Source: an uncultured Planctomycetaceae bacterium (GTDB lineage Bacteria > Planctomycetota > Phycisphaerae > Sedimentisphaerales > UBA12454). Taken from it: a stretch of DNA of 64,000 bases. The position numbers and the translations under genes were made by a program. A model generated the notes under the pieces. The model was not told the DNA's origin, made no database searches, and was given only the letters and a program-made list of their open reading frames with translations. Below are positions 39,044 through 47,611 of the stretch, piece by piece. The stretch spans positions 11,504 through 75,503 of the forward strand of contig CAYUYR010000007.1 of the NCBI GenBank assembly GCA_964449435.1. The letters run 5' to 3'. Within the stretch, counting starts at the first letter, position 1, and each line of letters opens with the position of its first letter.

Positions 39044-40334
39044 CTATTTGTGCCGGAGATTGTCCTTCGGCATTTAATACGTTTTTATTTTCATTAAGCG
39101 AAGCAAGATTGGTAGCTCGAATCAAACAATCGATGTCCGAGTCCTGCAAACCTTTCAGTTCGACTGCTATCGAAAGTTTTCCCTGTGCATCTTCTGTTCG
39201 CTTGACTTCACCTATTTCTTCTACTATTCCGATGTCTTCCACCACTTTCATTGTGGTAGTAGTGATTTCAGTAACTTCCTCGGTTTCCTTATTTTTGATT
39301 AATTTTTGCTCTTTCTTTCTGTCTAATTCGAACATTATCAGGACTCTGTCGCCCGGCTGGACTTCTACGGGCGCTTCGATACGCAGGCCCGGCCCGCCTA
39401 ATTCTGTTACTAATGCGGACACAAACTGAAGGGGCTGGAGACTAATTTCCTCAGAATCATCGGGCATGCTTCCCGGGGCGCCTTCGAATGTCCATATAAG
39501 TTTTTTCTCGAACGGGAAAACAGCGATAAAGGCCGGTTTTTGTACAGGAGCGCGAAGGAAACGCCGGCGGTTAATGAACCGAACTTCATCGTTGTGGTTC
39601 AGAACCATCGTATTGCCGTCATAACTGACAACGTAAGATTCGAATTCCCAAATTGAAGCGCCGGAGTAATAACGGATATTCCAAAAATCTCCGAAAGTAA
39701 TCGTTACCGGCTCTGATAATAGTATCGCCAGCTCGAAATCGTTGTTTTTTACGACGGTTGCCTCGACGGCTTCTGAATCTTTTTGGTTTGGACGCCTGAC
39801 GCTGACTTCTTTGCCGACAGGGATTTGCCTGCTGCTCAGCCTCTCCGACCCTGCAATAGAGCCTCGTGAGTATGAAGCTTCTTTTTTGAATCCGAGTTTT
39901 TCGCGGAGAGACGACAGAACGGCTTCTAAGCGCTGGCTTTCCTTCACAGCGTGCTTAGCCACCAGTTTTTTTACCATTTGTGCAGCTCCGATATCAAAAG
40001 AAGCCGCCAGTGTAAAAATAGATTCTTTTTGTTTTAGTCGTGCCTGTCGGGCGATTGCAAAAAGGGTCTGACTTTCCGAATATGTAAGACCTCTGTTTTC
40101 GGCATATTCGTTAAACAATCTCTCGCTGTTTTTCCGCTCCCGAAGGATTCTCTTGGTAGTAACCACCAAAAGAATTGTAGTCAGTATTACAATAGCGGCA
40201 GCGTTGATATGGAAAAACCAGCGTTCGCTCATAAAACTTCCGCTGTTGAATTTTCTTGCGGCGCCCCATTTCTGAACCGGAGTTAATGCCAGAATGCCTG
40301 TTCTTATGGTTATTTCAGCTAAACGAGTTATCAT
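39036..40334 (-). CDS. membrane-anchored protein with YcgR-like PilZ-type C-terminal region (tentative)
   Basis: 432 aa. TM at about aa 40-60 (FFHINAAAIVILTTILLVVT). NRRRFLRAPV fits the PilZ RRxxxR motif. TELGGPGLRI is a degenerate version of the DxSxxG motif. Confidence 0.45.
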   Translation of the reverse strand: MITRLAEITIRTGILALTPVQKWGAARKFNSGSFMSERWFFHINAAAIVILTTILLVVTTKRILRERKNSERLFNEYAENRGLTYSESQTLFAIARQARLKQKESIFTLAASFDIGAAQMVKKLVAKHAVKESQRLEAVLSSLREKLGFKKEASYSRGSIAGSERLSSRQIPVGKEVSVRRPNQKDSEAVEATVVKNNDFELAILLSEPVTITFGDFWNIRYYSGASIWEFESYVVSYDGNTMVLNHNDEVRFINRRRFLRAPVQKPAFIAVFPFEKKLIWTFEGAPGSMPDDSEEISLQPLQFVSALVTELGGPGLRIEAPVEVQPGDRVLIMFELDRKKEQKLIKNKETEEVTEITTTTMKVVEDIGIVEEIGEVKRTEDAQGKLSIAVELKGLQDSDIDCLIRATNLASLNENKNVLNAEGQSPAQIGV

Positions 40335-40356
40335 TATTTTAAAGTTCCAAACCTTA

Positions 40357-42399
40357 CTAACTTATTAGAGAGGTTAATTCCCGCAGTATTTCGTTGGCAA
40401 CCCTGATAGTTCTTGCGTTAGCCTGGAAGCCGTTTTGGGCCTGAATCATATTGACAAATTCGGTTGCAACATCAGCATTGGATTTTTCCAGTGCGTTGCC
40501 GTGAATTGAGCCCGCACCGCCGCTCATCGCCGAGGTGGCTACCGCTTCGCCCGAGTTGGCTGACGGGGTGAAATAACCGCCTCCGGCACTTTCCAGACCC
40601 AGCGTATTTTGGAATAGCGCTACTTGTATAGTAGCGATATTCTTCTTGATACCATTTGAAAAGGCGCCGATAAGCGTTCCTTCATTGTTAACGGATACGG
40701 TTGAAAGACTGCCTGCCTCATAACCGTCCTGTGCTCTTGCTACAGCCGTCGAGTTGCCGGAAAACTGTGTCAAACCGTTAAACTGACCTGCCGTACCCAT
40801 ATCTATTGTAATAGTTTGCGGATTCAGGATGTCGTGAGCAAATGTTACCTGGAACTGGGCAGTATCGCCAGTTGAGGTATTTAGACCTGAATAGGAACCA
40901 TCGCCTTCATCGAATTCTATTCCGCTTATTCGGCGGTTGCTTAAGCCGGATATATCAATAGAATGAATATCGCCTGTGATTGCAGTCAGGATGCAGTCCC
41001 ATGTATTGGAAGTATCTGTTCGCACGAATGCTCCGGACAGAACGTGTTTGCCGCCCAGAGAATCAAAGACGGTAATATTGACATTTTTAATTTCCTCGCC
41101 GCCGACGGTAGCAACTTCAAAATATGCCGGAAGTGTTAATGTGCCGTCTCCGCTGTATGCCATCGCAAAATCAGATTTGCTGTAGCCGCTGGCGGCGTCG
41201 GTTATTGTTAGCTTGCCGGCGGACAAACTTGCAACAGCGCCATCGCCAAGGACACCCTGTTCCTCAAAACCTTTTACTGTTTCAGCGAATGTTCCGGTTA
41301 TATCCGCGTCAGCGGCGTCTTTCAGGGAGGAGGTGATACTTATCATATCTACGTCTCCCAAAGTATCGGCAAATGTAAAGGTTACGCCTTCTGTGCCGGC
41401 ATTCATCATTGTTCCGCCGACGGTTATATCGTCCTCTTCGACGGTTGATAAAGCTTCAAGAGCGGCCTGGATTTGTTCTGCCGTTGCATTATAGGCGATT
41501 GCTGCTGTTGTTTCGCCGCGATATGTCAGGGTAAAGCTTCCGGATGCCGCGACGGTGCTGGGAGTTAGTGTCTGCACTTCACTGACTGCGGCAGTGCCCT
41601 CGGTGGTATTCAGCCAGTTCAATACATCGCCTAAAGTTGTTGCGGCGGTAATAGGCATCGTCAGGTCAACTGCTGGGCTGCCGCCTAAAGCGGTGCCGTC
41701 AGGCTTATAACCGGAAAAAGTAAGCACGCCTGAATTTAGTGCTCCGCTAAACTGGTCAAGTTCGGATATTTTCGTATCGGCAGTGGCTATAGTGCCGTCG
41801 TTGGTCGTGAAAGCTATATTAGACCTGAGTACATTTGTTTGTGCTGTACTGAGTGCGGCATCGGCGCTTAAGTTGCCGGCCAACGTTATGGATGTCGTAG
41901 CTTTTGCCGCCATTGCCACATCGTAAGGCACGTTAATATTGCTGTTGCCGGCTAACTGGAAACCATCGGCCTCGCCGACAGAGCCGATACGCTGAACGAC
42001 ATAGCCTGTCGAGGCATCCACAAGGTTGCCATTGGCATCTACCGAAAAGGCACCTGCACGCGTATAAACGTTTTGGGAGCCGTCGCTTAGCACGAAATAT
42101 CCCTCGCCTTCCATTGCCATATCCAGCGGATTGCCTGTACTTACGATATTTCCTTGTGTCATATTGGGCGAAATGCCGGATACTCCGACGCCGCTGCCCA
42201 TCTGCTGCGGATTTGTACCGCCGACAGAAGTGGTCGGCTGCGATGCCTTCTTTATTGTTTCGCTCAGCAATTCTGAAAAAGTGATTCGACTGGCCTTAAA
42301 TGCCGTGGTATTGACATTCGCCAGGTTATTACCCGCGACGTCAAGCATCTTTTGATGCGACTGTAAGCCCGTAACGCCCGCTGATAGTGCAGAACCCAT
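40357..42399 (-). CDS. flgE: flagellar hook protein FlgE (enlarged, 680 aa)
   Basis: MGSALSAGVTGLQSHQKMLDVAGNNLANVNTTAFKASR...NALEKSNADVATEFVNMIQAQNGFQANARTIRVANEIL. Confidence 0.95.
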   Translation of the reverse strand: MGSALSAGVTGLQSHQKMLDVAGNNLANVNTTAFKASRITFSELLSETIKKASQPTTSVGGTNPQQMGSGVGVSGISPNMTQGNIVSTGNPLDMAMEGEGYFVLSDGSQNVYTRAGAFSVDANGNLVDASTGYVVQRIGSVGEADGFQLAGNSNINVPYDVAMAAKATTSITLAGNLSADAALSTAQTNVLRSNIAFTTNDGTIATADTKISELDQFSGALNSGVLTFSGYKPDGTALGGSPAVDLTMPITAATTLGDVLNWLNTTEGTAAVSEVQTLTPSTVAASGSFTLTYRGETTAAIAYNATAEQIQAALEALSTVEEDDITVGGTMMNAGTEGVTFTFADTLGDVDMISITSSLKDAADADITGTFAETVKGFEEQGVLGDGAVASLSAGKLTITDAASGYSKSDFAMAYSGDGTLTLPAYFEVATVGGEEIKNVNITVFDSLGGKHVLSGAFVRTDTSNTWDCILTAITGDIHSIDISGLSNRRISGIEFDEGDGSYSGLNTSTGDTAQFQVTFAHDILNPQTITIDMGTAGQFNGLTQFSGNSTAVARAQDGYEAGSLSTVSVNNEGTLIGAFSNGIKKNIATIQVALFQNTLGLESAGGGYFTPSANSGEAVATSAMSGGAGSIHGNALEKSNADVATEFVNMIQAQNGFQANARTIRVANEILRELTSLIS

Positions 42400-42435
42400 T
42401 TTTATTTCTCCTTAAAGAAAATTTTTAACAAATTA

Positions 42436-42852
42436 TTATTTCTGGTTTTCCGTTAATACTACAGCCCCTAAGCCGAGAGTATATTCTTCTGCTTCTTCGC
42501 CCTGGCCGGCAGTTATCCCTAAAAGTGTTTGTCCTGTACCTGCATCATAAAAGACCGAAGTAACTGTGCCGGATTTGTTTATATATTCTCCGGTCGATGC
42601 GTCTTCTGTGTAGAAAGTAACGTTTTTGTCCAGCAGCGAATTGGCATAGTTGCGGTTGGTAATTGCGAGTACCTGGGCAAAACTTGAATTCATCGATTCC
42701 AATTGCTGAAGCGATGAAAACTGTGCCAGTTGAGAGGCCATCTGGTCGTTATCCATAGGCTCAAGCGGATTTTGATTTTGCAGCTGAGTAACAAGCAATT
42801 TCATATAATCCATTTGGATTTGACTTGCTGATGTTATTGTCGAGTCAGCCAT
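42436..42852 (-). CDS. flgD: hook capping protein FlgD
   Basis: QMDYMKLLVTQLQNQNPLEPMDNDQMASQLAQFSSLQQLE. ATG 42852 (MADSTIT) with AAAGG upstream; the track start TTG 42870 is the alternative. Confidence 0.9.
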   Translation of the reverse strand: MADSTITSASQIQMDYMKLLVTQLQNQNPLEPMDNDQMASQLAQFSSLQQLESMNSSFAQVLAITNRNYANSLLDKNVTFYTEDASTGEYINKSGTVTSVFYDAGTGQTLLGITAGQGEEAEEYTLGLGAVVLTENQK

Positions 42853-42915
42853 AATTTTTTGCCTTTTCAAAAAATTTAAACATAGTACTGCTCACAGCGG
42901 TACTGTTTAAAGACA

Positions 42916-42931
42916 AGCAATTACCGTGCCA
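42916..42931 (-). promoter_or_regulatory. sigma54 promoter of the flgD-flgE...fliD unit
   Basis: Minus-strand TGGCAC-ggtaa-TTGCT, a perfect consensus about 50 nt upstream of flgD. Confidence 0.8.
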
Positions 42932-43113
42932 TAGTGAAACATTGCGATGGGAAAAGTTGGCTTAACTCATTTATAAATATCAAGTTATAAAAAACAACAA
43001 CCCTGATAGTTTTTCAGGATGGTTCGATTAAATGTCGTCTTAATGAACAAAATTTCCAAAATTTCGGAAAATTTTACCGCGATGGTATTGAAAGCGGCAG
43101 AGCAGAGCGGAAC

Positions 43114-43255
43114 GTCCTATAAAAAATATAAGTCCTATAAAAAATAAATCTCAAATGTACATTCTGCTTTTACTGAAATGTCCTATAAACTTGACAGCAG
43201 CATAAAATCGCATTTGAGAAAATAAACACACGATATTATTGGCCCGTCCTATAAA
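43114..43255 (+). repeat. four direct copies of GTCCTATAAA in the flgD / sigma54-activator intergenic region
   Basis: Copies at 43114, 43132, 43180 and 43246, all in the same orientation. Centre-to-centre spacings are 18, 48 and 66 bp. Confidence 0.85.
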
Positions 43256-43353
43256 ATTATTAAAGATATTTTTGACATTCGCCGATTGATGTAATTATTG
43301 GTGAGAAATTATCTTACAGTAAAAATAATTACAAAATCGCGGATAAACAATTA

Positions 43354-44763
43354 ATGGTGTTACACAACGTTGTTACGGTTAGTCGAGAATCAGATATTCA
43401 TCAATTAGCGCGGCAGGTCGGTCGGAAAGTATTTGCGGCTGACGATATTAAAGAAGCATTAGATATTACCAATAGGGAGAATCCAGACTTAATCATTTTT
43501 GACCGCCGATTTAATCCTTCCGATATTCGGAAATTTCTCGCCGCTTCCGGCAAAAATTTAACTCCTCAAATTGTGGTAATAGGAGGTGGCGAAGCGGGAA
43601 AATATTCCGGCAGGCAGTTTACAGATGCGGGCGTCCATCATTATCTGCAAGGCGAAAAGGATTACCGCAGGCTGACCGAAATTGCAAATGCGATAAAGAG
43701 TAATTCAGAAAAAGGCACAAAAGATTTTTTTGCCGATGACCTTGCCGCCTCTGTTTCTATGGCCGGTCGCAGCAAAGCGATGTTGGAAACGCTGAAAATG
43801 ATCAGGCTTGTCGCCGAGAGCCAATGCAATCCGGTCTTAATAGTCGGCGAAACCGGTACGGGCAAAGAACTTGCGGCCAAGGCGGTTCATAATTTGCGGC
43901 ATCCGAATGAGCCTTTTATAGCTGTTAATTGTGCCGCTATGACCGCAAATCTGCTCGAAAGCGAGCTTTTTGGACACGTAAAGGGCTCTTTTACCAGCGC
44001 CGAGCGTGAAAAAACAGGGCTTATAGAATTGGCAGGGGCGGGCACAATCTTTCTCGACGAAATAAGCGAAATGCCGATGGACCTGCAGGCAAAACTGCTC
44101 CGCGTTCTTCAGGAAAAAACGTTCCGAAAGGTAGGCGGCACGGAAGAAATATCCTGTAAGGCAACAATAATCGCCTCAAGCAATCGTAATCTTTCAGGCG
44201 AGGTGCAGGAAAAACGTTTTCGAGCCGACCTTTTCTATCGGCTGGATATATGCCCGATTACTATCGCCCCTCTTCGTTCGCCTCAGCGGAAAGAAGACAT
44301 CCCGCTTTTGGCGGAATTCTTTAAAAATACATCGACTATCTGTCCGCAAAAGGCGGAAAAGATAACTTCGATAACCAAATTAGCCGTTGACGCTTTAATG
44401 GAGCATAATTGGCCCGGCAACGTGCGGGAACTTCGCAACATTATGGAAAGGGCGGTATTGCTCGAAAGCACAGAAAAAATAGGCTTAAGCAGTATTGTGA
44501 TTAATTCAGCAGAGGTTGCCCGCTCGGCAGGCGACAAAGAATCCGAAAAGATAAAGGATTTCTCTCTGACAAAAGCCGAACGTCAGTTGATTGCACGTGC
44601 ATTGCAGGAGACCAATGGGCAAAAGACAAAGGCTGCCGACCTGCTCGGCATAAGCAGGGCGACTCTTTACGCTAAGGTAAAACAGCATAGTCTCGAAAAC
44701 GGCGATGGCCTGCAGGACGAAGTTTCAGAACCATCGGAATATCAGAGCGTTGCGGTTTCATAA
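43354..44763 (+). CDS. sigma54-dependent transcriptional activator (FleQ/FlrA-like, degenerate receiver domain)
   Basis: 469 aa. AAA+ Walker [24 protein letters not shown], sigma54-contact loop GSFTSA (variant of GAFTGA), [11 protein letters not shown]-terminal Fis-type [25 protein letters not shown]. Confidence 0.85.
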   Translation: MVLHNVVTVSRESDIHQLARQVGRKVFAADDIKEALDITNRENPDLIIFDRRFNPSDIRKFLAASGKNLTPQIVVIGGGEAGKYSGRQFTDAGVHHYLQGEKDYRRLTEIANAIKSNSEKGTKDFFADDLAASVSMAGRSKAMLETLKMIRLVAESQCNPVLIVGETGTGKELAAKAVHNLRHPNEPFIAVNCAAMTANLLESELFGHVKGSFTSAEREKTGLIELAGAGTIFLDEISEMPMDLQAKLLRVLQEKTFRKVGGTEEISCKATIIASSNRNLSGEVQEKRFRADLFYRLDICPITIAPLRSPQRKEDIPLLAEFFKNTSTICPQKAEKITSITKLAVDALMEHNWPGNVRELRNIMERAVLLESTEKIGLSSIVINSAEVARSAGDKESEKIKDFSLTKAERQLIARALQETNGQKTKAADLLGISRATLYAKVKQHSLENGDGLQDEVSEPSEYQSVAVS

Positions 44764-44950
44764 CTGACAGCGAACCGGAACGTGAATTATCTCACATCAA
44801 ATATCAAATAATTTCTGTCGGGAAACTCGCCGGTTCGTCTAAAATTCTAACACTTTCTAACTGCTTAAAAAAGCTGATTTTATAACAAAAACAGCGTTTT
44901 TTAGGCTAAAAACGCATAAAACTTCCCGTCAAAGCGTCTTTAGACGAATC

Positions 44951-44966
44951 TGGCACAGGTATTGCT
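44951..44966 (+). promoter_or_regulatory. sigma54 promoter of the TPR-TPR-activator2-fliLMN-flhA unit
   Basis: TGGCAC-aggta-TTGCT, a perfect consensus 75 nt upstream of ATG 45041. Confidence 0.8.
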
Positions 44967-45040
44967 GTAAGTATAAAAAAGTTCTGTAATGCGCCCTGCC
45001 AGGGCAGGCAGATGCCGCATTTGAACAGAAGTCGGACGCC

Positions 45041-47611
45041 ATGACAGAAGAGAACAAAAAAAATGATTTAGGGTATTTGAGCCGTATGTGGCACGAAAGG
45101 CTCAAAGGTATTCGTGTTGCTATGACGAGAAAGCATACAGAATCTCATGCAGGGCAGTCTGGCCCCCAACCGACCCGCGCCGCAGAATCAATGCCCAGTA
45201 ACGAAATATTCACAAGTCCCGTCCATCAGGAATTATCAGCCCAGGAGCTTTTTTCCGGAAACGAAGGTTTTTACAAAGCCCTCGAAGATAACAATACTCC
45301 TGTCCAGCCGCAATCTCCTAATTTAGAGCGTCCGTTTACAGCTCCTGCGGGAGTTAGCCGATTTTCCATTACCCAGAAAATTCTTGCCGCTGCCATTTTT
45401 CTAATAGCCTGTGTGCTGCTGTATGAGTTATTTATGCCTGTTTCCGGTGAGCCGTCCGACTCTGCCGGCCAAACAGTATATTATTCCCGGCCTGCTGCTG
45501 AAACTCCCCCCTCAGCAGCAGTGCAGCAAGTCAGCAAATCACAGCCTGCGCCTATAATTGAGCCCACCCAGCCGATATCATTGCAGGATGGGCAAAACTT
45601 ATATCTCAAGGGTAACTATGCCGCCGCCATAAATGCTTATGACAGACTGTACAAGAGCCTGCCGATAACTCCAGAACAAGACGCGATGAGGGATTTATTT
45701 CAATTACAGAAGGCCTTGTGTCTTGTAAAACTCGCTGATTATGACGGAGCGGCGAACCTAATCAGAGGCGTTCTAAACAGCGGCTCTCCTGCTGTAAGAG
45801 CGGTTGCGAGCTATAATTACGGCTTGCTTGAAATACAAAAGAAACAGTATTTAAACGCACGGGCCAAGGCTTATCAGGCTATAGCGATGATTGATGCGGT
45901 AGATTTTGATGAGAACTGGTCGGCGTCAATGAAGCAAGATTGTTATTTTCTTGCCGCCGAGGCGCTGACAAGAGAAGTTTTATCGCTTTGCGATGCCGAT
46001 AAAGATGCCCCTAAAGATTTATGGGTCGATTTCAGCCGGGCGGGCGAACTTTTTGCTAATCTTGATGAGGCAGAGCTGCGAAATTTGCTGAACTCAGGCT
46101 CACAGCAATTGAGCCTTGCCGCTCTTAGTCCTAAAATCCAGCGATTCGAGCATCAAGGCAGGCAGGCCAGTTATGATATTATCTGCGGCGGAGCATCTAT
46201 TGAAGAGCTGCTGAACAGATTTGCCGCCAATGCGGGCATTGATATGTATTGGGAATCTTATGCAAATGAAGACGGGATTCGCAAACAGCTTGTTTATTTG
46301 AATCTTTTATCGGCGACGAAACAGCAATTCACGGCGGTAGCGGCCGGCTGCGCAGGTCTGATGGCGCAAATGGACGACAGAAACGTATTGAATATTTTAA
46401 ATCCAGCCAAATACTCTTATGTTTCTGAACATATCTTTATCATAAGTAATCAGGCGGTTTCACTGTGGCAGGAATTTTTGCTTAAATTTCCGGATGATAA
46501 GCGTCTTGCCAATGCCCATTTTGCTTTGGGGCTTTTATACGCGTCCAAAAATCAGCCTACCGAATCGATGGCGGAATATAAATTAGTGGCTAATCAATTT
46601 ATAAAATCGCCGTTGGCGCCGTATGCTCTGCTGAATTCGAGTAAAGTAAAGAATAATCTGCGTGACTATGCCGGCGGTTATAATGATTTGAAGCAGCTTG
46701 TCGAGCAATTCCCCGATAAGGAAGTCGCAAATGAAGCCTATTTGTATTATGCGGATACTGCCGCCAGAGCGAATCTGACGAAAGATGCCCTAAAACTCTA
46801 CGGCAGAGTTCATAATCTCGGTCTGTCTGAAGAATCGAAATTTGCCGCCGCTCTCGGAGCAGGGGAATGTTCCTGGCGTTTGGGAGATTACGCGTCGGCG
46901 GAAAAGTGGCTGTCGCAATGTATCGGACAGACAAATGACCGTAAGAATAAAGATTTATATTCGGCTTATCTGCTTTCGGGCAAAATTTATGCGGCTCTAA
47001 AAAATCCGGAAGCGTCGTATAACGCATTTCAGTATGCCTTTGCGGGTGTGCCGTCGCAATTATCCAAAGAGGAGTTTATCGAGCATATTCCCGCCTCGGT
47101 CGAAATGTATATACAGCAGGGCTATCTCGTACAGGCCCTTAATTTATTGGAAAACGCTGAATCGCTGACATTGTCCCTGAAAGAATCTGTCGAGATACTG
47201 CTGCTTAAAAGCAGAGTGCTCAGAACGATGGGTTTGACAGACAAAGCTATTGCGATGCTCGGTGATAGAGCCGAATATATTATAGATTCGCAACTGAAGG
47301 CGGAAATAGAGTTCCAACTGTGTCAATGCTATATCGAAAAAGAAGATTTAGAGTTCGCATACAGAAAACTTACCGAAATCCTTACGCAAGCCAAGCCCGG
47401 ACCTTTGATGTACGAGGCCACTTTCAGGCTGGCAGATGTTTGCCTGAAACTCGAGCGGAGTTCGCAAGCCGTGTCTATATGTATGCAGCTTTTGGACTTA
47501 GAGCCGCCGGAACAAATAAAACAAAAAACGCTGGAACTTTTGGCTATGGCCTATAACCAAAAGAAAAATTATGACAAAGCGGCATTGGCCCTTTTAGGAC
47601 AATGGAAATAG
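45041..47611 (+). CDS. large single-pass membrane protein with TPR-like repeats, function unknown
   Basis: 856 aa. TM ILAAAIFLIACVLLYELF at about aa 113-130. Multiple TPR-like helical repeats (e.g. ANAHFALGLLYASKNQPTESMAEYKLVANQF). No catalytic motif seen. Confidence 0.6.
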   Translation: MTEENKKNDLGYLSRMWHERLKGIRVAMTRKHTESHAGQSGPQPTRAAESMPSNEIFTSPVHQELSAQELFSGNEGFYKALEDNNTPVQPQSPNLERPFTAPAGVSRFSITQKILAAAIFLIACVLLYELFMPVSGEPSDSAGQTVYYSRPAAETPPSAAVQQVSKSQPAPIIEPTQPISLQDGQNLYLKGNYAAAINAYDRLYKSLPITPEQDAMRDLFQLQKALCLVKLADYDGAANLIRGVLNSGSPAVRAVASYNYGLLEIQKKQYLNARAKAYQAIAMIDAVDFDENWSASMKQDCYFLAAEALTREVLSLCDADKDAPKDLWVDFSRAGELFANLDEAELRNLLNSGSQQLSLAALSPKIQRFEHQGRQASYDIICGGASIEELLNRFAANAGIDMYWESYANEDGIRKQLVYLNLLSATKQQFTAVAAGCAGLMAQMDDRNVLNILNPAKYSYVSEHIFIISNQAVSLWQEFLLKFPDDKRLANAHFALGLLYASKNQPTESMAEYKLVANQFIKSPLAPYALLNSSKVKNNLRDYAGGYNDLKQLVEQFPDKEVANEAYLYYADTAARANLTKDALKLYGRVHNLGLSEESKFAAALGAGECSWRLGDYASAEKWLSQCIGQTNDRKNKDLYSAYLLSGKIYAALKNPEASYNAFQYAFAGVPSQLSKEEFIEHIPASVEMYIQQGYLVQALNLLENAESLTLSLKESVEILLLKSRVLRTMGLTDKAIAMLGDRAEYIIDSQLKAEIEFQLCQCYIEKEDLEFAYRKLTEILTQAKPGPLMYEATFRLADVCLKLERSSQAVSICMQLLDLEPPEQIKQKTLELLAMAYNQKKNYDKAALALLGQWK

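Noticed and set aside
43191-43277. Two TTGACA hexamers (43191, 43272), considered as sigma70 -35 boxes for the activator gene.
   Set aside because: Neither has a convincing TATAAT-like -10 at 16-18 nt; the best match is AATTAT with a 15-nt spacer. They are mentioned only as context for the GTCCTATAAA repeats.
44893-44916. Hairpin GCGTTTTT-taggct-AAAAACGC downstream of activator 1, considered as a terminator.
   Set aside because: The stem is AT-rich and short, lies 130 nt past the stop and lacks a following T-tract. It is better treated as part of the 22-nt element shared with other sigma54 promoter regions.
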